64,000 nucleotides of DNA from assembly GCA_951406725.2 (NCBI GenBank), contig OX597819.1, forward strand, positions 78,430,001 to 78,494,000, written 5' to 3'. Shown here in pieces: positions 39,613-52,643 of this stretch. Source of the DNA: Octopus vulgaris (taxonomy: Eukaryota). Position 1 is the first letter of the stretch; the number at the start of each line of letters is the position of its first letter. A program made the translations under genes and the position numbers. The notes beneath the pieces are model-generated. The model saw only the letters and a program-made list of their open reading frames with translations, ran no database searches and was not told where the DNA came from.

Positions 39613-40705
39613 ACTCTTTATCCTTTTACTTTCTAATTAAGTGTTTTTAACCCACGGTCAGTACTCATGGAGTAAGCACATGATCAAAGACATTCCAGGT
39701 GTGAACGTCATTTTTTTTTGTTCGTATTAATAAAAAAAAAAAGACTGTCCAATGCATCCTTCCATTTTTAATATGATAGTTATAATTCGTGAGAGATTTC
39801 GTTGTTATTTCTAGCAGCACGAGCGGTCCTATTAGAGGCTCCTACACTTACGTTAGTTGTGTTGCTGTTGTTGATATTGTTGTTGTTGTAGTCGTTAAGG
39901 TAACGAAATCATTTTCCTTTCATCGAAACACACCTTTCGGCTATGTGCAAAATAAACCGCCACCACTACCACTACTACTACTACTACTACTACTTAAAGC
40001 AGCAGCAACAGCAACAATAACAACAACGACAATAGCTAAGTTGGACATATATCATTCCAAGACAATTGTCTATTATCGAGCGTTAAAACGATACCATTTG
40101 CTGCTGCTGTTGCCGACGCCGCTGCTGTTTAAGTGTTTGTAATTATTGTTTTTGTTGTTGTTATTGCAGTTCCTTAAGATCGTAGTAGGTAAGGAAATAC
40201 AGAACTGGTCTTATGTAATAAGAAAAGCTGAGATCTGGGGTTAAAACGTCTCGTTAAATAACCACGACCGTCATTCAGCGAGCGTAGAAATTTGGGCTTT
40301 AATGGCGAAAGCTCAGTGGGGCGGACGCCTTGTTGTAAAGAGCGAATTAATGCGCACGCACGCACATACACACACACACGCATTTGTATATATATACATA
40401 CAAGCATATATATACAGATGCATATATATTTACATATAATACACTTACATGTATATATATTTATATATATACATGCATATATACTTATATATACACATGC
40501 ATATATACTATATATACACATGCATATATACATATATATACACATGCATATATACATATATATATGCACATACATATATATATATACACATGCATATATA
40601 TATATACATACATACACTTACATACTAACAAAAGTACACTCATACAAACATATACACACCTTTATATATTCTAACAAACATACATGTATATAGAAACAAA
40701 TACAC

Positions 40706-40739
<34 letters not shown>

Positions 40740-41805
40740 GGGGGGGGTGTATGTATGTATGTATGTATATATACTAATATACATACATACTAACAAACAC
40801 GCATACATATACATACTAACAAACACACATATATACATACTAAAAATACACACACACATATATACACACGCACACACTCTCTCTTCCTCTCCTCCCTCTC
40901 CTGTATACATACATACATACATACGTGCCGGCATACAATGCTTAACTCTAAAACCTCCATACATGTCGTTTCGTGTGTTTTTAAACCGTTTGGCTACATG
41001 GTTTTTTACTCAGCAACTCTCTTCTCACTGCTTTCTCTCTTCTATTATTCTCCCCCTAGTTCTTCTATCTCTCTCTCACTGATGCATTGCTATTTGTCAT
41101 TCTCTCATCTCGTTTCCTCCTCTTTTCTACCCTCCCTTCAAACAACATGTCTACATATGTATTCTTATCCAATGTCAATTAACTCGTTTCCTGTACAGTA
41201 GATTGTGTAATTATCGTCGCTTACCTACTGTCAAAGCAACACCACCGAACGATAAATAGCCATTATCTATAGACTGTATACAATCTCACTAGAGAAAACA
41301 TGCCACTATCTACACAAGAACAAGGCTTACAACTCTCCACAAGATCAGAATCTCGATATATCAGTTCCACACAGACATTCCCTCTCTCCCAGTCTGTCTG
41401 TCTGTCTGTCTATCTGTCTCTGCCTTCCCCTCTCTCTCAATCTTTGTCTTCTGTCTGTCACTATATCTATTTGTGTTTCTCTCTCAATCTTTCTCTCTTC
41501 TGTCTGTTACTGTCTCTATTTCTCTCTCTCTCTCCCTGTCTATTCGTCTCTTGCCCCTCTCTCTCTCTCTTAATCTTTCTATCGATCTATCTGTCAGACT
41601 CTCTCTCTCTATTTGTCTCTGCCTCTTTCTCTCTCTCTCTTATTCTCTCTCAATCTATCTGTTTGCCTCTCTCACAGTCTCTGTCTATCTGTCACTATCT
41701 CTACCTGTCTCTCTGTCACTCTCTCTCAGTCTGTCTGTCTGTCTCTCAGTTTTGTTCTTTCTCTCTCTTTCTCCTTCTCCCAGTGTGGATGTCAGTTTGT
41801 CTGTC

Positions 41806-41837
<32 letters not shown>

Positions 41838-41959
41838 CGAGTTTTAATTCCAAACTTATATTGTCCAAAATAAAAAAAATGCATAAACACAAACGAAATG
41901 ACAGGATGACCATATCTTGGTTGTAGCTTTGTTCGGTTAGGACTAGCTTGGGGCTAAAT

Positions 41960-42500
41960 ACCACCGCCACCACCATCATCACTACTACTACTAATATCAC
42001 CACCACCACCACTACCACTTCCATCACAAACACTACTAGTACTACTACCACAATCGCTACCAATATTTTACTACCACTACCACCACCATAACTAATACCA
42101 CCACCACCACCTCAACTAGTACCACTGCAGTTGCCACCAATATTTTGACCACCATCACAACCATCACTACTATCACCGCCGCCGTCATCATTACCACTAT
42201 CACCACCACCACCACTACCACTTCCATCACAAACACTACTAGTACTACTACCACCACCACCCACTACCACAATCGCTACCAATATTTTTACTACCACTAC
42301 CACCACCACCACCACCTCAACTAGTACCACTGCAGTTGCCACCAATATTTTGACCACCATCACAACCATCACTACTATCATCGCCGGCGTCATCATTACC
42401 ACTACCACCACCACCACTACCGCCATCACCACCACCGCCACCGCCACCACTATCAGTATCGCTACTGTCGTCACAACCACCACCACCACCACCACATCAT
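41960..42500. repeat. Degenerate (CAC/CTA)n block with a roughly 220-bp internal duplication
   Basis: CCACAATCGCTACCAATATTTTTA recurs at about 42048 and 42267. Confidence 0.85.
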
Positions 42501-42843
42501 TGTCTGTAACCATTTAATGAAGTTTTACTTTGCACAATGTTCCATTTAACTAAAATTAGAATCCATTAAAACCTGCAGAATTGGAATGGGAAGGATTTTG
42601 TGGTTTGGGTGTATGTATGGGTGGTGTGTGTGCATGCATAGCGTGTGTGTGTGTATATATATTATGGGTCTGTATGGTGTGTGTGTGCGTGCATGTATAT
42701 ATAGTTGTTCGTGGTGTGTGTGTGTGTGTGTGTTCGTGGTGCATACATGTGTATGTGGTGTGTGTCTATAGTCTATGTAGTATGTATGTGAAGTGCATTT
42801 TGAGTTTGTATGTAACATGTGGCTTGCATGTGTGGCGAATGTA

Positions 42844-42889
<46 letters not shown>

Positions 42890-43096
42890 CGAACGTGTGT
42901 GTCTTGGGATGTGTGGTGTTTGTGCGTGTTTGTACATGCACATGTATGTATGTGTGTATGCATGTTTGTATGTATGTATGTATGTATGTATGTATGTATG
43001 TATGTATGCATGCATGCATGCATGTTTGTATGTATGTAGTTATGTCTGTGCGTGTGTGTGTGTGCTGCAGATATTTTATAGAAAATGTGTGGATAT

Positions 43097-43491
43097 AGGC
43101 GTAGGAGTGGCTGTGTGGTAAGTAGCTTGCTTACAAACCTCATGGTTCCGGGTTCAGTCCCACTGCGTGGGACCTTAGGCAATTGTCTTCTACTATAGCC
43201 TCGGGCCGACCAGAGCCTTGTGAGTGGATTTGGTAGACGGAAACTGAAAGAAGCCCGTCGTATATATGTATACGTGTGTGTGTTTGTGTGTCTGTTTGTC
43301 CCCCCAACATTGCTTGACAACCGATGCTGGTGTGTTTACGTCCCCGTAACTTAGCGGTTCGGTAAAAGTGACCGATAGAATAAGTACTAAGCTTACAAAG
43401 AATAAGTCCTAGGGTCGATTTGCTCGACTAAAGGCGGTGCTCCAGCATGGCCACAGTCAAATGACTGAAACAAGTAATAGAGTAATAGAGA
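43097..43491 (+). mobile_element. SINE family A
   Basis: Full-length, close to consensus. Confidence 0.92.
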
Positions 43492-43504
43492 GATGCATAC
43501 TGTT

Positions 43505-43861
43505 ATATTCTTTTACTTGTTTCCATCATTTCACTGCGACCATGCTAGAGCACCACCTTACAGAGCTTTTGTTGTTGAAATCAACCTCAAGACTTATTCT
43601 ATCGGTTTCTTTTGTCGAACTGCTAAGTTACAGGGATCATAAACACACCACCATCGGTCGTCAAGCACAAAGACACACACGCTCATAGATGTACATATAT
43701 ATACGACGGGTTTCTTCCAGTTTCCGTCTACGAAATCCCCTGAGAAGACTTTGGTTAGTCTGGGGCTATAGTAGAATACACTTATCCAAGGTGCTACGCA
43801 GAGGGAATGAACCTGGAACAATGTGGTTGGGAAGCAAGTTTCCTACCACACAGCCACGCCT
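43505..43861 (-). mobile_element. SINE family A (older), tail-to-tail with 43097-43491
   Basis: Diverged reverse-complement match. Confidence 0.85.
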
Positions 43862-44275
43862 TCGTCTATATGTGTACACGTATGACATGTACGTGTGTAT
43901 ATATGTGTCTTATATATGTGTGCATCTTATATATGTGATATATATATATATCATATATATATATCACAGGTGTGCATGATTTTTTTTTGTCATATGTATG
44001 TATTTGTATGAATCACATTGAGGTGCGTGTATTTATCACTCGTACGTGTGTATATATATCATATATGTGCATGTGTGTGCACTATATACGTGTGTATATC
44101 ACACACACACACACACACACACGCATAAATTTTTTTATTGTACTTAAGGAGAGACAGAATAAGAACCAGACCTAGGAAATAAAAACATTAGAATTGAGGT
44201 CGATTTGTTCGAATAAACCCTTCAAGGCGTCTGAAGTAGTCGCAGTCCGAAGACTGAAACACAACACACACACAC

Positions 44276-44330
<55 letters not shown>

Positions 44331-44621
44331 AACATATATTATGTATTTATGAATACATACACATGCATACATATATATCTACAGACAAACCTCACGAAAC
44401 CTTAGAATCATCTCAGGGTTTCGGAACCACACACACACACACACACATACATATATATAGGAGTGGCTGTGTGCTAAGAAGCTTGCTTCCCAACCACACA
44501 GTTCTGCATTCACTCCCAATGCATGACGCCATGGGCAAGTATCTTCTGCTATATCCGCGGGCCGACCAAACCTAGTGACTGAATTTCGTGGAGAGAAACT
44601 GAAAGAAGAGTTCGCCATTAC

Positions 44622-44748
44622 CTTCTGCCGGAGCCGCGTGGAGCTTAGGTGTTTCGCTCATAAACACACACATCGCTCGGTCTGAGATTCGAACCCGCGA
44701 TCCTTCGACCGCGAGTCTGCTGCTCTAACCACTAGGCCATGTGCCTCC
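44622..44748 (-). mobile_element. SINE family D 5' part
   Basis: Reverse complement of about 3383-3512. Confidence 0.75.
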
Positions 44749-45617
44749 CATACCTTTATATACTGTTTTCATATTTTGGCACAAGGCCAGCAGTTTTAGG
44801 TGAGGAGTAAGACGGACGAAATGTCGCTAAGCATTTTGCCCGGCATGCTAACGATTCTGACAGCTCAACGCCTTTATATATCGAAAATGTCAGCTGACGA
44901 GGATCTTATTACATAGCGGGTACTGTACGTAACTACTCGAAACGTTCATATTAAATGCATTCAAATATCCACATTTGGTTTTGTGATTACTCTATTATGT
45001 ATGTGTGTGTGTGTATATATGATTATGCGAGTGTGTGTGCATATCTGAGTTTGTATTTGTGTGTGAGTTTGTAAGTATGTGTGTGTGCGAATGTATATGT
45101 ATATGTGTGTGTGTGTGTACACACACAAACACACACATACACAATTAAGAGACAGTCTTGCATGAGCTAACCTCCACATGCCCCCACCTCGACAAAAGGT
45201 AACCCTAATAAAAAAAACAAGTCCACCCGCTCGAGAGGAGAGCTAACCCCCCACCCCACCCCAGTACCGTTCGTCAATGGAGACACCATGATGGATTGGT
45301 GACAGCAGACGGCTGATGACGTGTATATTTTACTACACTGCAGTTTGTGCGTGCGTGTGTGTGTGTGTGTATGTGTGTACCCTTAATGCAACCACCCACC
45401 CACCCACCACCACCCTGCTTATTCAGAAACACACACATACACCTCCACAGATACCAGTAACATCTATTAATCTTCACCTACATCGCCACCACCACCACCA
45501 CCCCGTTGTATAAAACATCTTAGCAGCTGGATACCATGGCAGACAACATGTAGCAATGATCTATGGTAGATGATACATCTTCCATCATCTCGTTCTTGTT
45601 TTCTGTCTTTTTTTTTT

Positions 45618-45666
45618 ACACCACCACCACCACCACCACCACCACCACCACCACCATCATCATCAT

Positions 45667-45721
<55 letters not shown>

Positions 45722-46745
45722 AGCATTATCATCATCATCATCAGCATCACCACTGCCAACACCACCACCACCACCACCATCATCATCATCGTCATCATCA
45801 TCAGCAGCAGCAGCATCAGCATCACCACTGCCAACACCACTTCTATCATCATCGACGCCGCACCATTTCTCTTTCAGGTTATCCATGTTTTCTTTCTGTT
45901 AATGTTTGTTCTTATTTTTTTTTTGTTGCATGCATTTTTGTTTTGTTTTTGTTTTGTTTTGTTTTTTTGTTTTTGTTTGTCATCTCTTTCATCATTCTGA
46001 ACATCATCGTAGTCATCGTCAACAACGTCGTCATCATCATGATCACGATTACCAACACCGTCACTTTCGTCGCTGTCATCATCATCACCACCGTCATTGC
46101 TATCATCATCATCATCATCGACAATGTCATCATTACCGTCATCGCCATCGCTATCGTCATCGTCGTCGTCATCGCTATTATCATCACCACCACCACCACC
46201 ACCACCACCATCATCAACCTCTTCCACCTACCACCTCATCAACGCTATCGTCATCGCCATCATTAATCATCATCGTTATCATCACCACCACCACCACCAC
46301 CACTACCATCATCATCGCCCTCATCGCGATTGCCAATGCTATCATCATCATCGCTACCATGCTGCTCATTACCACCACCACCACCACCACCACTACCACC
46401 ACCATCATCATTGCCCTCATCGGGGTTGCCATCGTTATCTTCATCATCATCATTATCGCTACCATCCTGCTCAACATCTTCATCATCTTCACCATCTCCC
46501 CCACCACCACCACCACCACCACCACTATCATCATCACCATCAACACCATCGCCGTCAATTGTGATTGCCATCATCGCTATAATCCTGCTCATCACCATCA
46601 TCATCATCATCATCAACTCCATCATCTATGTTTTCTTCGTTTCATACATTTCCTCTCCTTTCAACAACACCACACAGCTTCACTTTCTGCATATCTACCC
46701 GCCCCGCCCCCCTTCATTTATCTCATCATCATCATCATCCACCCC
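45618..46745. repeat. (CAC)n/(CAT)n/(CAG)n trinucleotide block
   Basis: Low-complexity tract giving spurious poly-H/poly-S/poly-I ORFs. Confidence 0.9.
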
Positions 46746-48197
46746 TACCACTCATCCGCTTCCGCCTCCACCCTACATCCATCCCACTGGCCGCTTCATG
46801 CGTTGGATATTCTTCATTTGCAATCTATTCTTCATTATTCTACCATTGTAAACGGGACCACTCCCCACCACGCGCCAAATAAATAAATAAGTGCCCCAGC
46901 GTGGCCGCAGTCTAATGACGGACACAAGTGAAAGACAAAATAGATAAAAAAAAAGAAAAAGTAAATGAAATGAAAATAAAAATAAATAAGAAACCAAACA
47001 AACAACCTGTATTTTCCTTTATACTCTGAGGTGTCCTCTGATTGTAATTAAAACGGGTACCTGAGAAGTAATTAAAGGATCGAACGGAGAAGCCTGTATG
47101 TGGTTGTGTAATATGCTAGAAATAGCAGCTACACTAAACCACTTTAAAATAGGAAGGACAAATTGGATTATGTAGTCCTAGATACGCTATGGCACTATAG
47201 TTTAAGAATATGATTGGGTGACCATAGATGGAACGTCTGTGATCATATTCTGCTAACCTTATATATATTTTATATATTGTTACTGTTGTTGTTACTGTGG
47301 TCGGGTTACCCCCTCAAAAATGCACAGGGCCTTGAGGGCTCCTTCAGAACCTGGTCGCCGTTTGTTGAGAAGCTAGGCTGTCCCCGTTTGTATAACTTTT
47401 TTCAGTGGCATACCAACAGTGTCTGCTATCCAGAACAGCCACTGATTTGCGCCCCCACCCGGGTGTCTCAAGTCTCTACAGGCAGCTGACCCAAAAGTGC
47501 CACTCTCAGAGTGTGCCGCCACCCCTCGAATCTCCACTATCTTCGACGCTATCCCTTTCACTTCTGGTTCTGTGGTTATCCGGTCATTTTCTCAAAGATA
47601 GTGCATCTAGGGCCACATCTAGGACCAAGTCCTACACGTGGCATAGCTAATAGGGGAGCAAAGTGAGTGACCTCTGTCCCCGAGCGCTTTAACGAAATTG
47701 TCGTCTTTTCAACAGTTTTTTTAAAAAAACTCCATAGTTCGGTTGTGCGATAAAAGTAGAATCTTTGTTGTTAATCGCATGGCCTTGAAAAGAACTTTTC
47801 TGGAGCCATTACTTTATTTAACCAACAACCTGCATTTTTCAACTGTCTGCTCAATCCCGTGACACCTGAAGAACCAAAACAAACAACCCTCATTTCATAA
47901 CCTCTCGCCACTCGACAATCCTGTGGGGTTTCATCTCTTTCATGCCATACCTCTATATCATGACATCGTTACTGAAACATGCAATTCATGAATGTAAAAT
48001 ACAGTTTTGTATAAGTACAACTAATGAAATATTTCGCATAAAATAAGAGAAATTGAGTTAAACATTGCTTGATATGAGTCCCAGCGCCTTTTTCGCTTTT
48101 ATACTCAGTCCTTCTAACTTTAAAAACACTTTCTTTTAAAGTAATTATGTGTGACTGTTAATTCTAGCATGTCGGTCCAAATGTTAATTCTCCATTA

Positions 48198-48677
48198 CCG
48201 TAAATCCTCGAGTATAATCCGCATTTACCTCCCAAAATTTAAAGGTCGAAATCCCCAGTGCGTACTATATACGAGGTTAAAAATGAAAATTATTTTCTAA
48301 GCAATGTCCGAGTTACTACTTGCTGTCCGGCAATGTTTATTCAGACGCATTTGGTGATGTCGGGCGCGAAAATACCTTAAATCATCCATAACTTGCAGTC
48401 AGCAACATTTATTAAACGTTATTACTGTTATTTCTTTATTTTCTGCAAACAAAATGCACAAAAAAGCTACACGTTTGCATTATGTTATATACACAATAAT
48501 AATAAAGGACGTTACCGTATACATTTTCACAAACCAAGGACGTTATATAGACCTCGTTGACTCAAGTTAGAGAAGGGGTGCGTATTATACACAAGGTTTA
48601 GGTTTTTCAGAGGTACAGCCCCCTAAAAATCCCCTGCGAATTATACTCAAGGGCGGACTATACTCGAGGATTTACGG
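48198..48677. mobile_element. Second copy of the CCGTA-TIR MITE
   Basis: Same TIRs and TA TSD; interior closely matches 32411-32905. Confidence 0.9.
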
Positions 48678-50485
48678 TAATTCCCCGCCGCTCCAAATGC
48701 CTCCACCACTACCATCTCCATCGCATATTCAATGAAGTTATATCTTTCTTTTCCTTGTACCTCACACCCACTTCATCAAATATTCGTTTTTTTTCTTCTT
48801 ATCTCCGTGTGTGTGTGTGTGTAAATATAATTTCGTAAGGATGTGATCTTGAGTATGTAAGTCAATGACCTTGTGTGCTAGTGTGCATGCAAATACATGT
48901 ACGCATATGAATGCGTGTGTATATATATATTGCTTAAAAAATGTGTGCAAGTGTGTGAATGTATGCATACGCAAATGTGTACATACACAAACTTGTACAC
49001 ACACACACTGTCTCCCCCTCTATCTATCTATCTACCTACCTACCTACCTACCTACCTATCAATCTATCTATCTATCTATCTCGTGTACACACACACACGT
49101 CTGTGTGTGAGTGTATACACAAGTGCGTATATTTATGTCAGGTTTGACAAAGTGTGTGTTACGTGTGAGAAATCCGCACGGCATGACACGTTTATGTAAT
49201 AGCAAATATAGAAATTGTGTATGTGTGTGTGTGTATCAACAAATGCTTATGTGTGTACATATATTAGTGTGTGTGTGTGTGTATCAATAAGTGCTTATGC
49301 CACTGTGCATGTATTACATAGGTGTATGTGTGTGTATGTGTGTAGTGTCAAGCAATCTTCGTCTCAAAAACCTCCCTCCCCTTCCCACTCCTCAACATCA
49401 ATTAATTTTGTTTTTACTACTACTACTATTACTACTACTACTATTTTCTCGTTTTCTTCCCCAGCAAAACGTACCAAAAACAACCTTCGTTACATTTTTA
49501 CCTTTTTCTACTCTGCTTTAACATCACACTACGCGCACTCACACACACACAGGGCCTCATTAAGTCTGTCTTTCCTTCTCCGTTTCTCTCTCTCTCTCTC
49601 TCTCTTTGTGTGTGCGCGTGTGAGTATATGTATGTATGTATGTATGTATCTATCTATATCTAAATATATATGTGTGCGTGTGTATATTTATATATATATG
49701 CATATGTATGTATGTATGTACGTATGCATCATCAACAAATATGTTACATGTTTAAACATACCTGTATAAACACACACACATGTATGTATGTATGCATGCA
49801 TGTATGTATGTATATTTGTATGTATCTATATCTAAATATATATGTGTGTGTGTATATTTATATATATATATATATGCATATGTATGTATGCATGTATGTA
49901 CGTATGCATCATCATCAACAAATATGTTACATGTTTAAACATACCTGTATAAACACACACACATGTATGTATGTATGTATGTATGTATGTATGTATGTAT
50001 GTATGTATGTATGCATGTATGTATGTATATTTGTATGTATGCATGCATGTATGTATGTCAGTTGAGAAGCCTACTTTACAACCACGTAGTTTCAGGTTCA
50101 GTCCCACTGCACTGCACCGTCAGCAGGTGTCTTCTACAAAAGCTCCACACTGAACAATGCATTGAGGGTGGATATGGTTGAAGAGAACACACACACACAA
50201 ACATACACATGAATGTAAATATTTACATGTAAATATAAATTGCTATACATGTGTGTGTGCATGTGTACGCATGTCTTGATGTTTGTCCTCTCACTGCTTG
50301 ACAACCAGTGCTGGTTTGTTTACACCCCCTGTAACTCAGCAAAAGGCATGATACAATAAGATTCCAGACTCAAAAGGAATATAAATACTTTTGAGTTCTT
50401 TTCAGGGCCTAGTAAAACTGACAGACAGATCACTGCAGTGTGTGAATCTGAGAGGTGTGTGTGTGGGGGGGGGGGGGGTATACTC

Positions 50486-50703
50486 TCTTTCTCTTTTACT
50501 CTTTTACTTGTTTCAGTCATTTGACTGCGGCCATGCTGGAGCACCATCTTTAATCGAGCAACTCGACCCCGGGACTTATTCTTTTGTAAGCCTAGTACTT
50601 ATTCTATCGGTCTCTTTTGCCGAACCGCTAAGTAACGGGGACATAAACACACCAGCATCGGTTTTCAAGCAATGCTAGGGGGACAAACACAGACACACAA
50701 ACA

Positions 50704-50738
<35 letters not shown>

Positions 50739-50935
50739 TTTATTTAAAGCAGCAGAAAATTCAACAAAATCTGTTACTCTGAGTTTCTCGTTGCCGTTCA
50801 TGATGAACGGCAACGAGAAACTCAGAGTAACAGATTTTGTTGAATTTTCTGCTGCTTTAAATAAAGCATATTACTCTACCACTGGTATTTGAGTACTCTT
50901 TTTTCCACCTTGTTTCACATTTATGTGTTTACTCC

Positions 50936-50970
<35 letters not shown>

Positions 50971-51136
50971 GACGGGCTTCTTTCAGTTTCCGTCTACCAA
51001 ATCCACTCACAAGGCTTTGGTCGGCCCGAGGCTATAGTAGTAGAAGACACTTGCCCAAGGGGCCACGCAGTGGGACTGAACCCGGAACCATGTGGTTGGT
51101 AAACAAGCTACTTACCACACAGCCACTCCTGCGCCT
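50486..51136 (-). mobile_element. SINE family A containing the palindromic PLE insert
   Basis: Tail 50486-50705, head 50968-51136. Confidence 0.9.
50738..50940 (+). mobile_element. PLE-type terminal fragment with a perfect inverted 5' duplication (64-bp arms, 1-nt spacer), inserted in the (TA)n of a SINE
   Basis: 50738-50801 is the exact reverse complement of 50803-50866; (TA)n on both sides. Confidence 0.8.
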
Positions 51137-51496
51137 ATGTTAAATAAAATTATAATTAACTGATCCTCCTGTATTTTCTTTTACCCAAAACCAGGAACCA
51201 TCCAGTGAGTGCGTATGTATTCATTCTCTTATAGCTGTAGTACTCAACAGGAAAGCTGACTTGCTGTCCCTCGCCCTAGATGATTGGCAAAACTGTAGAA
51301 TATGAGAAACCAAGGTGCACAGCAGTAATGCAAGCCAGCAGACAGATGATGGCTGCGCCGCTAATGAAGGTGTGAACATATAGACATTTCCAGGTGAAAG
51401 AATAGTAAAATATGTATGTTGAATAGATGGGGCAGTGGTGAAGGTAATAAGGACACTAAATTAGGACACTAATGAATTACAGTAAACAACAGATAT

Positions 51497-51882
51497 GTAA
51501 AAAGCACTATCCGAATCGTGGCCGATGCCAGCGCCGCCTCATCTGGCTTCCGTGTCGGTGGCACGTAAAAAGCACCATCCGAATCGTGGCTGAAGCCAGT
51601 GCCGCCTCGACTGGCTTCCGTGCAGGTGACACGTAAAATGCACCAATCCGACCGTGACCGATGCCAGCCTCGCCTGGCTCCAGTGCAGGTGGCACGTAAA
51701 AAGCACCCACTACACTCACGGAGTGGTTGGCGTTAGGAAGGGCATCAAACTGTAGAAACATTGCCAGATAAAACTGGAGCCTGGTGCAGCCTTCTGGCTT
51801 CCCAGATTCCCGGTCGAACCGTCCAACCCATGCTAGCATGGAGAACGGACGTTAAACGATGATGATGATGATGATGATGATG
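51497..51882 (+). mobile_element. SINE family E with three internal units of about 69 bp and a (GAT)n tail
   Basis: GGTGGCACGTAAAAAGCACC units, GGTTGGCGTTAGGAAGGGCATC motif, GGACGTTAAAC(GAT)n tail; other pieces at 56710-56865 (+) and 53375-53620 (-). Confidence 0.85.
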
Positions 51883-52191
51883 AACAGAGTGTGGAACATT
51901 GACTGTTGACTAGATAGGCCTGGAGTGGAATCAAAGTAGCAGTAGTAGGGGTAGCAGTTGGTTAACATGATGGTGATGATGTGGATGTGTGTGTATATCA
52001 TTTTACTGGTTTCAGTTGTTGGACTACGGCCATGCTGGGGCACCACCTTGAAGGGTGGTGGAACAAGATGATACCAGTACTTGTATATTTTAAAAAAATC
52101 TGGTACCTAATTCTGTCAGTCCCTTCTGCCAAACCACTAGATTATGGAGGACGTAAATAAACCAGTACAGGTTGCCAAGCTGCCGTGGGGA

Positions 52192-52263
<72 letters not shown>

Positions 52264-52643
52264 AATATGATGTTTTCATTGTATTAATATTTAAAATTAG
52301 TATGTATTATTATATTTGTTTGGTTTAAATTTTATTGTTAAAATATATCTTTGATAATAATATGTTTAAATGCACATTAATTTTGAATAAAAATAGTTTA
52401 TGATTGATTTGCTGAGTATTATTTCAGACAAGTGAGTAAATACTATCTGAAGGTTATACAACAGGCTTTTCCCAGTTCTTGCCGAAAAATCTACACACAA
52501 GGATTTGGTTAGCCCAGGGCTGCAGTTGAAAACTAATTGAAAGTCCTACAGAGTGGGATAGAACCCAAAACTATGTCATTGGGAAGTCAGCTTCTCAACA
52601 ATACAGCCTCTGTTAAAGAATGTAAAATATTCTTGCTAAGAAT

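Noticed and set aside
40150-40195. Plus-strand micro-exon TTGCAG|19 nt|GTAAGG
   Set aside because: The acceptor derives from a (TTG)n repeat, the segment is not frame-preserving and no partner exons support it.
44894-44947. Hammerhead-like CTGACGA...GAAACGTT
   Set aside because: Stem II is poorly paired at its base and no stem I forms; at best a decayed relic.
45467-46886. 326-aa His-rich ORF and overlapping poly-Ser/Pro/Ile ORFs
   Set aside because: Trinucleotide repeats lack stops in most frames; no domain content or splice context.
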